Of a stretch of 50,248 nt of DNA, positions 1-10,961 are shown in pieces. The stretch lies in NCBI GenBank assembly GCA_024278985.1, contig JAJRSC010000004.1:1-50248 (forward strand). The letters are read 5' to 3'. This DNA is from an archaeon. Its GTDB lineage: Archaea > AGJL01 > Methanococci > Methanococcales > Methanocaldococcaceae. Position numbers and translations under genes: made by a program. Within the stretch, counting starts at the first letter, position 1. Every line of letters begins with the position of its first letter. Under the pieces are notes generated by a model. It saw nothing but the letters and a program-made list of their open reading frames with translations. It did no database searches and had not been told where the DNA came from.

Positions 1-137
1 AAGAGGTTATTTTAGAGGATGTTAAGGAAGCCATGGAGTTAGCTTTACCTCATAGATTAAGAAGAAAACCATTTGAACAGCCAAAATTAGACAAAGAAAA
101 ATTGGATGATACAATAAATAAATTAAAAAAAAAATAA
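1..137 (+). CDS. 3' end of ChlI/BchI-like AAA+ chelatase ATPase subunit (partial)
   Basis: Frame starting at nt 3 reads EVILEDVKEAMELALPHRLRRKPFEQPKLDKEKLDDTINKLKKK*. ALPHRLRR is the typical ChlI C-terminal motif; TAA at 135-137 directly follows an A10 run. Confidence 0.8.
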   Translation, partial: EVILEDVKEAMELALPHRLRRKPFEQPKLDKEKLDDTINKLKKK

Positions 138-1048
138 CTACTAATAAAAAAATCCATGACAAACTTCTAAAGGATAACACCTATTTAAGTGGAAAATATA
201 GAGATAATGAGAATGAGTTTGATGATAGTAGTGGGGGAGAGGGGAATAAAGAGGAAAACTTTGACATTAAAAAAGATGTTATGTTTGATAAAGACATAAC
301 TAAATTTAAAGTTAGAGACTATATTGAAAGATATTCATCAGGAAGAAGTATAAAGAGTTTTAGTAAAAAAGGAAGATATATAAAATTTAGATTGCCAAAG
401 GGAAAAGTATATGATTTAGCTTTTGACGCTACACTTAGAAAGGCAGCAATATATCAAAAAAGAAGAAAAGAGATAAGAAAAGATTTAGCTATAGTTTTAG
501 AAAAATCTGATTTATTAGAAAAGGTTAGAGAGAGAAATATCTCCACATATATGTTATTTGTTGTTGATGCCTCTGGTTCTATGGGTACCTTAAGAAGAAT
601 GGAACTTGCAAAAGGAGCAATATTTTCTCTTTTAGTAGATGCTTATCAAAAAAGAAATAAGGTTGGAATGGTTGTATTTAGAAAAGATATGGCTGATATA
701 GTTTTACCATTTACTTCATCAGTTGAATTGGCTGAAAAATGTTTAAAAGATATTCCAACAGGTGGTAAGACACCTTTATCCATTGGATTATATAAAGGTT
801 ATGAAATGATAAAAAATGAACTAAGAAAGAATCCTAATATAGTTCCCACTATGATAGTTATAAGTGATTTTAAGCCAAATGTGGGATTTTCCAGAGAATA
901 TGTTAAAGAATGTTATGAAATATGTGAAAAAATTGCTGAAGATAATATAAAAACAATAGTTATTGATACAGAACCAGATGGATTTATTAAGTTGGGAATT
1001 GGAAAAAAACTTGCTGATAGATTTGGATTTAAATATTATAAGATTTAA
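125..1048 (+). CDS. ChlD-like C-terminal part (acidic linker + vWA domain), open in the -1 frame from the A10 run
   Basis: ORF 281-1048 has the MIDAS motif FVVDASGSM and GGKTPL. The same frame is open without stops back to the A-run at 125-134. Confidence 0.8.
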   Translation, partial: KKKITTNKKIHDKLLKDNTYLSGKYRDNENEFDDSSGGEGNKEENFDIKKDVMFDKDITKFKVRDYIERYSSGRSIKSFSKKGRYIKFRLPKGKVYDLAFDATLRKAAIYQKRRKEIRKDLAIVLEKSDLLEKVRERNISTYMLFVVDASGSMGTLRRMELAKGAIFSLLVDAYQKRNKVGMVVFRKDMADIVLPFTSSVELAEKCLKDIPTGGKTPLSIGLYKGYEMIKNELRKNPNIVPTMIVISDFKPNVGFSREYVKECYEICEKIAEDNIKTIVIDTEPDGFIKLGIGKKLADRFGFKYYKI

Positions 1049-1061
1049 TAATGTGATTTAT

Positions 1062-1370
1062 ATGGCATGTATTGATAAGTTAAATTATGAAATTTTATAT
1101 AAAGGAAGTTTTAAAGATTGTGCCAACTATATTAGAAAAAATTTTAAAAATATTGTAGATAAAAATGCTGGTGAGGAGATAATTGAAGGAATATTTTTAA
1201 TTGGAATCTCCCCAATCCCTGTGGCTTATGAGGATAACTATATTATATTTCCATATACAAAACCATGTTATGGGACATATGTTATAAAAATTTGTTTAGA
1301 TGAATTTAAAAAGAAAGATGATAAAAAAGGAAATAAAAAAAGTTTATTAGAGTTAATAAAATTTTGGTGA
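1062..1370 (+). CDS. conserved methanogen protein (DUF1894-like)
   Basis: MACIDKLNYEIL...PYTKPCYGT; probable ATG at 1062 rather than 963. Confidence 0.6.
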   Translation: MACIDKLNYEILYKGSFKDCANYIRKNFKNIVDKNAGEEIIEGIFLIGISPIPVAYEDNYIIFPYTKPCYGTYVIKICLDEFKKKDDKKGNKKSLLELIKFW

Positions 1371-1375
1371 TACTT

Positions 1376-1822
1376 TTGATATTGGTATTAATTGGTTGTC
1401 CAGAACCTCCTATATTAATACCTACGGCGATATATTTAGTTTCTCAGATGAAAAAGAAAGGTTATAAGATATTGATATCAGCAAATTTTTCAGCTATTAA
1501 GTTGTTGGATATTGCTGATTATGATAAATATTATCTTTCAGATGTTGGAGTTATAGATATTGATAAGGGATTAAAGATAATAAAAGAGTTTAATATAGAA
1601 AAAATTATAAGTTTTGTAAATAAGGATAGTGAGGTTTCATACACTATAACTTACAAAGAAATATTAAATGTTCCTACATATTCTATAGTATTTGGTAAAT
1701 CAATTAATCAAGATTTTATAAAAACATTAGAAGAAAGAGATATTAAAGTGTATTCTGCAAGAGCTTATCACAACCCTATACCAGTAGTAAATATTATAGA
1801 TAAATTAGTAGAGGAGATTTAA
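1376..1822 (+). CDS. conserved methanogen protein (DUF1890-like)
   Basis: LIGCPEPP...ARAYHNP motifs; GGTGA RBS before TTG at 1376. Confidence 0.6.
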   Translation: MILVLIGCPEPPILIPTAIYLVSQMKKKGYKILISANFSAIKLLDIADYDKYYLSDVGVIDIDKGLKIIKEFNIEKIISFVNKDSEVSYTITYKEILNVPTYSIVFGKSINQDFIKTLEERDIKVYSARAYHNPIPVVNIIDKLVEEI

Positions 1823-2452
1823 TTGGACATAAATTTTTTTATATACTCTTTTGTTTCATTATTTATAACTGTTGACCCTGTTGGATTACTGCCAATAATA
1901 CATTCTCTTTTAATTCCTTATGATGAGAAAGATAGAAAAAAAATAATTAAAAAAGCTATTTTTGTATCAACAATAATATTAATGATATTTGCTATTTTTG
2001 GAAAATATATATTTGACTATTTTGGTATAACAATATACTCCTTTAAAGTTGCTGGTGGATTGTTATTATTTAAAATTTCATGGGATATGCTACAGGCAGA
2101 AATTCCAAAAACAAAGCATAAACCAGATGAAAAAATAATAGTTGATGATGACATTGATAGTATTGTATATGTTCCTTTAGCAATTCCTTTAATATCTGGA
2201 CCTGGGGCTATAACTACAACTATGATATTAATAAGTAAATCAAAAACAATTTTTGATAAGTTAATAGTTATTTTATCAATAGTTTATGTTATGTTAATAT
2301 CTTTAATTATTATGTATTTCTCTGATAAAATTCTAAAAAGAATTAATATTCATGGAGTTAATGCTTTTGTTAGAATAATGGGGTTATTGTTAATGGCCAT
2401 CTCAGTACAGATAATATTCTCTGGAATTCTTGGATTATATGGGATATTATGA
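1823..2452 (+). CDS. MarC family (UPF0056) membrane protein
   Basis: Hydrophobic helices; VDPVG and VPLAIPLISGPGAITT motifs. Confidence 0.85.
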   Translation: MDINFFIYSFVSLFITVDPVGLLPIIHSLLIPYDEKDRKKIIKKAIFVSTIILMIFAIFGKYIFDYFGITIYSFKVAGGLLLFKISWDMLQAEIPKTKHKPDEKIIVDDDIDSIVYVPLAIPLISGPGAITTTMILISKSKTIFDKLIVILSIVYVMLISLIIMYFSDKILKRINIHGVNAFVRIMGLLLMAISVQIIFSGILGLYGIL

Positions 2453-2847
2453 ATACTATGATTATAGCAGAGTTTATTAAAAATATAGGATTAGAAAGAA
2501 ATGCAAAAAATATTTTGGAGGTTGGAGTAGGATATAATTATGATGTAGCATTACACTTAAAAAAATATTTTAATGTTTATGTTTTAGATATAAATAAGAA
2601 ATCAATAGAAAAAGCTCATCTTTTGGGATTAAATGGGATTGTTGGAGATATAACAAAAAATTTTTATCTTAATGTTGATTTAATATATTCTATAAGGTTA
2701 CCTTATGATTTACAAAAATATTGCTTACAATTATCAAAAAAATTAAAAGTTCCTTTTATACTGAGACCCTTATCCAATGAGGAACCAATAGATAACCTAA
2801 TATTAAAAAATTATAAAGGAGAAGTTTTTTATTTATTTATGCCTTAA
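2449..2847 (+). CDS. UPF0146 family methyltransferase-fold protein
   Basis: ILEVGVG and LIYSIRLP motifs. Confidence 0.7.
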   Translation: MNTMIIAEFIKNIGLERNAKNILEVGVGYNYDVALHLKKYFNVYVLDINKKSIEKAHLLGLNGIVGDITKNFYLNVDLIYSIRLPYDLQKYCLQLSKKLKVPFILRPLSNEEPIDNLILKNYKGEVFYLFMP

Positions 2848-2992
2848 TTTTTTGTCTTCTCCAGAATCTCATTTTAGGATGGAATCTAACTCTCCCCTTT
2901 GTTCTTAAAATAACAAATAGAGGAACTCTTCTATTTTGTTTTAATGCTTTGGCTAATCTTATTTTTTTACCAAATGGTTTTATACTCCCCAT
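2837..2992 (-). CDS. rpl39e: 50S ribosomal protein L39e (missed by the ORF track)
   Basis: Manual translation [51 protein letters not shown]. Confidence 0.95.
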   Translation of the reverse strand: MGSIKPFGKKIRLAKALKQNRRVPLFVILRTKGRVRFHPKMRFWRRQKIKA

Positions 2993-3576
2993 TCTTTCAC
3001 CCCTACAATTCTTGTTTGTTTATGTTTAGGAAAATAATTATTAGGATTTATATCTCTCTCTTTTAGCAATGCTCTAATCTCCGCTTCATAATCAGATGTT
3101 ATTTTAGTACCACTTTCAATTTCTTCAATTATAAAATATTTGTTGGTTAAGTATCTTAATGTTTTATAACCAAATCCTAATAATGGAGAGATATATTGAA
3201 TGTTTTTTCTCATCTCTAAACTTTGAATCTCAGAATATGAAAGTTTTGGAACCTTATCATCTCTCCTAATTCCATCAGCCAAAATCTTGTATTTATCAGA
3301 TAAGATTTCCAAAACATTTTTATGAATATAGTTTATAGCTGGCCCAGGATATCCATATTTAATTAATATATTTATAGCTTTTTCTAAAATATCTAAATCA
3401 AGATTAATAACTTTAAATTTAAAGCCTAAAATTTTTGCAGTTTCTTCTGCTAACTTATAACTATCAAGAACTCCAAAATTTATATTTATAAGTGTTACAT
3501 TATATCCAAGTTTTTTTAAGATAAAAGCAGCAAGGGAACTATCTTTTCCTCCACTAAATAATAAATAAACTTCCAA
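2980..3576 (-). CDS. PP-loop ATPase / adenine nucleotide alpha-hydrolase family protein
   Basis: N-terminal [11 protein letters not shown]-loop; lies in the conserved rps19e-PDCD5-X-rpl39e cluster. Confidence 0.75.
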   Translation of the reverse strand: MEVYLLFSGGKDSSLAAFILKKLGYNVTLININFGVLDSYKLAEETAKILGFKFKVINLDLDILEKAINILIKYGYPGPAINYIHKNVLEILSDKYKILADGIRRDDKVPKLSYSEIQSLEMRKNIQYISPLLGFGYKTLRYLTNKYFIIEEIESGTKITSDYEAEIRALLKERDINPNNYFPKHKQTRIVGVKEWGV

Positions 3577-3580
3577 AATC

Positions 3581-3910
3581 TCACTTCCTTATTATTCTTG
3601 GAGTTCTCTTTTTTCTTGCAGTAGCAATTTTTTCCAATAATGCTTTAAACTCTTTATCTCCTAAGGGTATAGGAATTCTACCAAGTTGAGCAAGTTGAAT
3701 AAGTTGAATTTCAACCAACTCAGCAAATTCAGGTCTTGCCATTCTTATTCTTTCTAATCTTTCTCTTGCTTCTGCAGTTAGAATTTTTCTTAATAAAGCT
3801 CTTTTTTGTAGTTCTGCCTCTAATAATGCCTGTTCATTAACTTGTTGTTCTTGGGCAAGTTTTTCCTGTAATGCCATTAACTTTCTTTTTTTAATTTCTT
3901 CAGGGTCCAT
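3581..3910 (-). CDS. PDCD5-like dsDNA-binding protein
   Basis: LRKILTAEARERLERIRMARPEFAELVEIQLIQLAQ motif; probable ATG at 3910. Confidence 0.9.
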   Translation of the reverse strand: MDPEEIKKRKLMALQEKLAQEQQVNEQALLEAELQKRALLRKILTAEARERLERIRMARPEFAELVEIQLIQLAQLGRIPIPLGDKEFKALLEKIATARKKRTPRIIRK

Positions 3911-3919
3911 AATAATCAC

Positions 3920-4366
3920 TTAATACTTAGCCAATTCAGGAATCTCATTAATAATTTCATCTTTGACTTCTTTAGCTAAATTATCTAAGAAACTTCTACC
4001 TTTTGGAGTTATAACTCTACCCTTAGGAGTTCTTTTAATAAAACCTAATCTTTCCAATTCTTGTAAGGCTGTTCTAATAATGTTTCCACTACCTTTATAG
4101 AAATGTTCTGGCTCATGCCCTCTATTTTTTCTGCCTCCATAAGCAGTTCTTAATCTTTCAACACCTACAGGTCCATTAATATAAACTTTTCTTAATATGG
4201 ATGCACATCTAATATACCACCAATCATCTTGCTCTGGTCTTCTTTCTCTACTTACTCCTGTTTTAACAAATGGAACCCAGGAAGGAACATTTAAGTCCAT
4301 TTCTTTTAATTTTTGAGCAGTTTTTTGAATTAACTTATCTGCTGGAACATCATAAACAGTTACCAT
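3920..4366 (-). CDS. rps19e: 30S ribosomal protein S19e
   Basis: [10 protein letters not shown]...[12 protein letters not shown]...YGGRKNRG. Confidence 0.97.
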   Translation of the reverse strand: MVTVYDVPADKLIQKTAQKLKEMDLNVPSWVPFVKTGVSRERRPEQDDWWYIRCASILRKVYINGPVGVERLRTAYGGRKNRGHEPEHFYKGSGNIIRTALQELERLGFIKRTPKGRVITPKGRSFLDNLAKEVKDEIINEIPELAKY

Positions 4367-4774
4367 ACTTTTATCCCCTCTTTATTGTTTTTATGTTTTT
4401 TAATTTAGATATATTATAATAATTATATCTCAAAGAATAGTTTAGTTTAGAAAGCTTAATTAATATTTAACAACCCAATATATATAATTTTAGGATATTA
4501 AAATACTATCTAAAATAAGCATCTTTTTATTATTTGATAAGATTATATATAGTATAAAATAGGAATTTAAAAGTTGATTTCTTTTATTGTTTAATCTAAA
4601 TCCTAAACTATTTATAGAATCAGCTTAATATAGGTATAGTAGAATATTATGAAAAATTTTCTGTTTTTTAATAATATATTTCCAAATTTATAAATCTATC
4701 AATTTTTTACAAAAAAATATAATTATTAATCATGATAATTATTATAACAAAGTATGAAAATTTATGGTGATTGT

Positions 4775-7700
4775 ATGATAACTATAACTGCCCTTATGTG
4801 GGCATCTTATTGTTCTATATTAAATAAGGCCTGGCATGAACTAAAAAAAGATTTAAAAGATTTAAATATTGATTTAAAATTATATTCAACAAGAGATATG
4901 CCAGATAAGTTAGAGGAATTTTTAGATGATGCTAAGAAATCAGATATTGTATTTATATACAGAATTTCCACAGGAGATTTTTATGATGAAATAAATATAA
5001 ATAGATTTAAAAATTTAATAATAACTGGTCAAGACCCAAGTTATTGGAACTCAAGACTTTCACATAAAGCTTATTTATATACTTTCTATGGTGGAATTGA
5101 TAATTTCAAAAATCTACTTTTATATCTTATAAAAGAGACATTAAATATTAATATTCCAGTATCTCCACCCAAAGAAAAACCTTTCCAAGGAATATATTAT
5201 AAAGGTAAAATTTTTGAAAGTTTAGAAGAATTTCTAAATAATGTTAATTTTAGCAAAAAAAACACTGTTGGAGTTTTATTTTCAAGGCACTATTTAGTAA
5301 ATGAAGATATGGAAATTATTGATACATTAATAAATAAATTAGAAGAACATTTTAATGTAATTCCTGTTTTTACATATGGTGCAAAAAATGATTATTTAAA
5401 TGCTATTGGTAGTGGAGAGTGTATATTAAAATACTTTTTTAAAGATGAAAAACCAATTATAGATGCTTTAATAAACCTACTATCCTTTCCATTAGGGACT
5501 GTTGTTGAAAATGGCAGTTTAAAGAAACTACAGGGAATAGAGATATTAAAAAAACTAAATGTTCCAGTTTTTCATCCAATAGTTAGTTATTATAAAACAT
5601 ATGAAGAATGGAAAAAAGATACTCAAGGATTATCTGCAGATATAGGTTGGACTGTTGCTTTACCTGAATTTGAGGGTGTTATAGAGCCAATTATAATTGG
5701 GACTGTCCATAAAGATGGAGTCTTAGAAAAAAAATTACCTATAACTGATAGAATTGATAAAGTAGTTAGAAGAATTAAGAGATGGATTGAACTAAAATAT
5801 AAACCAAAAAAAGACAGAAAAGTTGTTTTTATTCTTCACAACTCTGCATGTGCATCAGTTGAGGCAACAGTTGGAAGTGCTGCACATTTGGATACATTTG
5901 AGAGTTTAATAAGAATAATGAATAAAATGAAAGAAGAAGGATATTATATTGAAAATATCCCAAAGACTGGAAAAGAATTAGCAAAATTAATATTGGAAAA
6001 AAAAGCAATTTCTGAATTTAGATGGACTACTGTAGAGGAAATTATTGCAAAAGGTGGATATCTCTATTTAATGGATGAAGAGGAATATATGGAGTATTTT
6101 AATTCTCTCCCTGACAATACTAAAAGGAAGGTTTTAGAAACTTGGGGAGATTTAAATGGAAAAGATATTCCTGCCTCTATGGTTTATAAAGATAGTGATG
6201 GAAAAAATAAGATTGTTATAACTGGTTTAAAATTTGGAAATATCTATATATGTGTCCAACCAAAAAGAGGATGTGCTGGGGCAAGATGTGATGGTAGAGT
6301 ATGCAAAATTTTACATGACCCAGAATGTCCTCCTACACATCAATATATAGCAACATATAAATATTTTAATGATATTGCTGATGTTATAGTTCATGTTGGA
6401 ACTCATGGGACTCTTGAATTTTTACCTGGAAAAAATGTTGGTTTATCAAATGAATGCTATCCAGATATCTGTATAGGAGATATTCCTCATCTATATATTT
6501 ATAACTCAGATAATCCTCCAGAAGGAACTATAGCAAAGAGAAGAAGTTACGCAACTATTATAGACCACATGCAAACCGTTATGGTAAATGCAATAGATAA
6601 AGAATTGGAGATATTGGAGACATATATAAGTGAATATTTAAAAGAGATGGATGTCTCAAGAAGACATCAATTAGAGCATATAATTATAGAGGAAATTAAA
6701 AAAACTAATTTATCAAAAATTAAAGAAAAAATTAAAAAAATTGAAAAGGAAGGAAAGATTCATGAGAAATTTAGAGAGATATTTAATGAACTAAGAGATA
6801 CCTTAGAACTAATAAAGAATTCAAAAATTAATGATGGCATGCATATATTTGGGGAATTACCAAAAGGAGAAAAGAGAATTGAGTATATAAATAGTATTTT
6901 AGAGTTTGACTATAAAAGAAACTTAAGAGAGGAAATAAAAAAAGTATTAAGAGGAGAGGATATTAAAGATAAAGAACTGAAAGAGAGAATACTCAATATA
7001 AATGAGAAAATAGAGCAATCAAAAGAAATAGATGCTCTTTTAAATGCTATTGATGTAAAGTATATAGAACCAGGACCTTCTGGATTAATAACAAGAGGAA
7101 ATGAAGATATTCTCCCAACTGGTAGGAATTTTTATTCTCTTGACCCATATAAAATTCCAACAAAGGCCGCATATAGAGTTGGAGTTTTATTAGCTGAAAA
7201 ATTGACTGAAAAGTATCTAAAGGAAAATGGAAAGTATCCTGAAAATATTGCCATATATTGGATGGCATCTGATATTATGTGGGCTGATGGAGAAGGAATG
7301 GCTCAAATTCTTCATTTATTGGGAGTAAGACCAAAATGGAGAAGTGGAAAAGTTGTTGGTTTAGAAGTTATACCATTAGAAGAGTTAGGAAGGCCTAGAA
7401 TTGATGTAACTATAAGAGTGAGCGGAATTTTAAGAGATAACTTTCCAAATTGTATGGAAATAGTTGATGAAGCAATAACAAAAGTTGCCAAGTTAGATGA
7501 GCCAATTGAGATGAACTATATTAAAAAACATGTATTAGAAGGAATAAAAAAAGGATTCTCATTTAGAGAGGCAACATATAGAATATTTAGTTCAAAACCA
7601 GGAACTTATGGAAATGGAGTTAAATATGCTGTATATGCAAGTGCTTGGGAGAATGAGGAGGATCTAAAAGATGCCTTTATGCTTTGGAATTCATATGCTT

Positions 7701-8374
7701 ATGGAAAAAATGTTTATGGAGTATATGCAAAGAATGCATTTGAAAATATATTAAAAAGTGTTGATATAACATTTAATAAAGTTATTACTGATGAATATGA
7801 TTTATTTGGATGTTGTAGCTATTTTGGAACTCATGGAGGATTAACAAATGCTGCAAGGGTTATATCAAAGAAAGATATTAAAGTATATTATGGAGATACA
7901 AGAAATTCAGATAAGGTTGAGATAAGAACATTAAAAGAAGAGATTGAAAGAGTTTCATTATCTAAACTTTTAAATCCAAAATGGATAGAGGGGATGAAAA
8001 AGCATAATTATAAAGGGGCTGGAGATATAGCAAAGAGAATTGGGAGAGTATTTGGTTGGAGTGCCACAACTAAAGAAGTTGATAGTTGGATATTTGATGA
8101 AATATTTAACACATATATAAAAAATGAAGAAAATAGAAAGTTCTTTAAAGAAAATAATATTTATGCTTTAGAGGAAATTAGTAGAAGATTGTTAGAGGCA
8201 TATAAAAGAGGGCTCTGGAAAACTGATGAGAAAAATATTGAAGAACTAAAAACAATTTACTTAGAAATTGAGGGAAATATTGAAGAATCTCATGGAGAAA
8301 TTACTGGAGATTTCCAGGGGGGAAATATTACTATAGATTTATCATGGAAGAAAAATTATAATTTAGGTGAATAA
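4775..8374 (+). CDS. CobN/magnesium chelatase H family large subunit (probable cobaltochelatase)
   Basis: About 1200 aa; [28 protein letters not shown] and ELGRPRIDV motifs; GGTGA RBS before ATG at 4775. Confidence 0.85.
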   Translation: MITITALMWASYCSILNKAWHELKKDLKDLNIDLKLYSTRDMPDKLEEFLDDAKKSDIVFIYRISTGDFYDEININRFKNLIITGQDPSYWNSRLSHKAYLYTFYGGIDNFKNLLLYLIKETLNINIPVSPPKEKPFQGIYYKGKIFESLEEFLNNVNFSKKNTVGVLFSRHYLVNEDMEIIDTLINKLEEHFNVIPVFTYGAKNDYLNAIGSGECILKYFFKDEKPIIDALINLLSFPLGTVVENGSLKKLQGIEILKKLNVPVFHPIVSYYKTYEEWKKDTQGLSADIGWTVALPEFEGVIEPIIIGTVHKDGVLEKKLPITDRIDKVVRRIKRWIELKYKPKKDRKVVFILHNSACASVEATVGSAAHLDTFESLIRIMNKMKEEGYYIENIPKTGKELAKLILEKKAISEFRWTTVEEIIAKGGYLYLMDEEEYMEYFNSLPDNTKRKVLETWGDLNGKDIPASMVYKDSDGKNKIVITGLKFGNIYICVQPKRGCAGARCDGRVCKILHDPECPPTHQYIATYKYFNDIADVIVHVGTHGTLEFLPGKNVGLSNECYPDICIGDIPHLYIYNSDNPPEGTIAKRRSYATIIDHMQTVMVNAIDKELEILETYISEYLKEMDVSRRHQLEHIIIEEIKKTNLSKIKEKIKKIEKEGKIHEKFREIFNELRDTLELIKNSKINDGMHIFGELPKGEKRIEYINSILEFDYKRNLREEIKKVLRGEDIKDKELKERILNINEKIEQSKEIDALLNAIDVKYIEPGPSGLITRGNEDILPTGRNFYSLDPYKIPTKAAYRVGVLLAEKLTEKYLKENGKYPENIAIYWMASDIMWADGEGMAQILHLLGVRPKWRSGKVVGLEVIPLEELGRPRIDVTIRVSGILRDNFPNCMEIVDEAITKVAKLDEPIEMNYIKKHVLEGIKKGFSFREATYRIFSSKPGTYGNGVKYAVYASAWENEEDLKDAFMLWNSYAYGKNVYGVYAKNAFENILKSVDITFNKVITDEYDLFGCCSYFGTHGGLTNAARVISKKDIKVYYGDTRNSDKVEIRTLKEEIERVSLSKLLNPKWIEGMKKHNYKGAGDIAKRIGRVFGWSATTKEVDSWIFDEIFNTYIKNEENRKFFKENNIYALEEISRRLLEAYKRGLWKTDEKNIEELKTIYLEIEGNIEESHGEITGDFQGGNITIDLSWKKNYNLGE

Positions 8375-8375
8375 T

Positions 8376-8844
8376 ATGACATATTGGCTTTGTATAACAA
8401 ATGAAGATAATTGGAAAGTAATAAAAGATAAAAAAATATGGGGTGTTTCAGAAAGGCATAAAAATACAATAGATAAGGGATAAGGTTAAAATTGGGGATA
8501 AGTTGGTTATTTATGAAATTCAGAGAAGTGGGAAAGATTATAAGCCACCATATATTAGAGGAATTTATGAAGTAATATCAGAAGTTTATAAAGATAACTC
8601 AAAGATATTTAAACCTACTCCAAAAAATCCAAATGAAAAATTTCCATATAGGGTTAAACTTAAGGAGATTAAAATTTTTGAACCACCAATTAATTTTAAA
8701 GATTTAATTCCTAATCTTAAATTCATTACCAATAAAAAGAAGTGGAGTGGGCATTTAATGGGTAAGGCAATGAGAGTAATCCCTGAAGAAGATTATAGGT
8801 TAATTTTAGAGTACAATTATATAATTAATAATATAAAGGATTAA
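8376..8844 (+). pseudogene. EVE/PUA-like domain protein (UPF0310) frameshifted by a 7-bp tandem duplication
   Basis: [24 protein letters not shown]... breaks at GATAAGG-GATAAGG (8472-8485); removing one copy gives a 153-aa ORF. Confidence 0.8.
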
Positions 8845-8918
8845 ATATATTTACATACTTTTTTATATACCATTAACTTAATATAATAGAATAATATTTT
8901 ATTTCTTATCCAATATAA

Positions 8919-8948
8919 AGGGGATGTTGCCATCTAAGGCAGAACCCT
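8919..8948 (+). promoter_or_regulatory. candidate rpl15e 5' leader hairpin
   Basis: GC-rich AGGG-gatg-TTGCC-atctaa-GGCAG-aa-CCCT in an AT-rich spacer just upstream of rpl15e. Confidence 0.45.
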
Positions 8949-8964
8949 AAATATGAGGGATAAA

Positions 8965-9549
8965 ATGGGTATATATAAATATATAAGAGAAGCATGGAAA
9001 AGACCTAAGGAGAGTTACGTTAGAGAATTGTTATGGGAAAGATTACAAGAATGGAGAAGAGAGCCGGCAGTTGTTAGAATTGAAAGACCTACAAGATTGG
9101 ACAGAGCAAGAGCATTAGGTTATAAACCAAAACAGGGAATAATTGTTGTTAGAGTTAGAGTAAGAAGAGGAGGTTTAAGAAAATCAAGACCTAAAAACTC
9201 AAAAAAACCAGCAACATTAGGAGTTAATAAAATAACAATGGGTAAATCTATACAAAGAATTGCAGAAGAAAGAGCTGCAAGAAAATTCCCAAATATGGAA
9301 GTTCTTAACTCCTACTGGGTTGGAGAGGATGGAAAACATAAATGGTATGAGGTTATTTTAGTTGACCCTAATCACCCAGTTATAAAGGCAGACCCTAACT
9401 ATAACTGGCTATGTACAGGAAAACACAAAGGTAGAGCTTTCAGAGGATTAACTTCAGCTGGTAAGAAAGGAAGAGGTTTAAGAAACAAAGGAATTGGTGC
9501 TGAAAAGGTTAGACCGAGTATAAGAGCTCATGGTAGAAGAGGAAAGTAA
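8965..9549 (+). CDS. rpl15e: 50S ribosomal protein L15e
   Basis: [11 protein letters not shown]...[14 protein letters not shown]...[10 protein letters not shown]. Confidence 0.97.
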   Translation: MGIYKYIREAWKRPKESYVRELLWERLQEWRREPAVVRIERPTRLDRARALGYKPKQGIIVVRVRVRRGGLRKSRPKNSKKPATLGVNKITMGKSIQRIAEERAARKFPNMEVLNSYWVGEDGKHKWYEVILVDPNHPVIKADPNYNWLCTGKHKGRAFRGLTSAGKKGRGLRNKGIGAEKVRPSIRAHGRRGK

Positions 9550-9654
9550 GATTTATATACTGAAACATAAATTTTATTCCTGGGGGCAAAAAACCACTAA
9601 TTTTTTATAGCTCCTTAAAATTCTTTAAAAAAACTCTTTTAAAAGGTGGAAAAT

Positions 9655-10323
9655 ATGACAGAGTTAAATTTATTGGTTCCTTTAGATATGTATTTAGCTT
9701 CAGGAGTTCATATTGGAACTCAGCAAAAAACTAAAGACATGGAGAAGTTCATATATAGAGTTAGACCAGATGGGTTATATGTTTTAGATGTCAGAAAAAC
9801 AGATGAAAGATTAAGAGTTGCTGCTAAGTTCTTGGCAAGATATGAACCAGAGGATATATTAGCTGTTTAAAGAAGAATTTATACAATGGGACCATTAGAA
9901 GAGTTTGGAAAATATACAGGAGTTAGAACAGTCATTGGAAGATTTGTCCCTGGAACTTTAACAAATCCATCATACAGTGGATTTATGGAGCCAGAAGTTA
10001 TTTTTATAAGTGACCCAAGAGTAGATAGACAAGCATTAAAAGAAGCTGTTGAAGTAGGTATTCCTATAGTTGGGTTGTGTGATACAGAGCATTTAACTTC
10101 ATTTATTGACTTAATTATTCCTGCAAACAATAAAGGGAAAAAAGCTGTTGCTTTACTTTACTACTTACTGACAAGAGAATTTTTAAAGAACAAAGGAATT
10201 ATTGAAGGGGATAAAGTTCCATTTACTTATGAAGAATTCTTAGAGAGAGCAATGAATCCAAAAGTTAGAATAATAATTCAGCCACAAGATAGAAGAAGAA
10301 GGAGAAGAAGAAGAAAAAAATAA
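9655..10323 (+). CDS. rps2: 30S ribosomal protein S2, interrupted by an in-frame TAA at 9868-9870 (likely sequence error)
   Basis: [10 protein letters not shown]...DILAV*RRIYTM...[11 protein letters not shown]; both ORF halves share one frame. Confidence 0.9.
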
Positions 10324-10334
10324 GCTGATAAATT

Positions 10335-10946
10335 ATGTCAGAAAAATTAAGTGTTACATGTAAAAATTGTGGATATGAAGAACAAGAAATTTTAAAGAAA
10401 AAAGTTTATGACAAATCTTACTATTATTTATTAAAATGTCCTAAATGTGGAATTGTTTGGGAGTTATCAGATAAGATAAAACTCAATCAAGCAAAGATAA
10501 TTATCAGTAGATATGACATATCTGAAAGTAAGATTATAGAAATTCCTCATGATGAAAAATATAAAGTTGGAGATGTTATAGAGATAGATGGGGAATCTTT
10601 GAAAATAACTAAAATTGAAACACCTAAAAATGTAAATTCATCATTGGGTAAGGATATCAAAACAATATGGACAAAATCATTATCTATTCCTAAAAAAATA
10701 GGAATTAGCATTAATGACAAAGAAAAAACCTATAGTATATATTTGTTAGTTCCTAATGAGTATGAGTTTGAAGTTGGAAAAATCTATAAAGTTAATGATG
10801 GTTATTTTAAATTAAAAAAAATAAAATTAGACAATAAAGGATTTTCCAATAAAGCAAAAGCTAAAGATATAAAAAGGTTATATGCAGAAATAGCAAGGCC
10901 TTATAAAAGAGCTGAAGACCTAACAGAATTTTATAAAGAAGATTAA
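10335..10946 (+). CDS. archaeal zinc-finger protein (HVO_0476-like)
   Basis: CKNC...CPKC zinc ribbon followed by two beta-rich repeats. Confidence 0.7.
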   Translation: MSEKLSVTCKNCGYEEQEILKKKVYDKSYYYLLKCPKCGIVWELSDKIKLNQAKIIISRYDISESKIIEIPHDEKYKVGDVIEIDGESLKITKIETPKNVNSSLGKDIKTIWTKSLSIPKKIGISINDKEKTYSIYLLVPNEYEFEVGKIYKVNDGYFKLKKIKLDNKGFSNKAKAKDIKRLYAEIARPYKRAEDLTEFYKED

Positions 10947-10961
10947 AAAGGTGAATAAATT

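Noticed and set aside
9579-9620. Possible GGGGGC/GCTCCT pairing in the rps2 leader
   Set aside because: Only 6 bp with two G-U pairs; too weak without comparative data.
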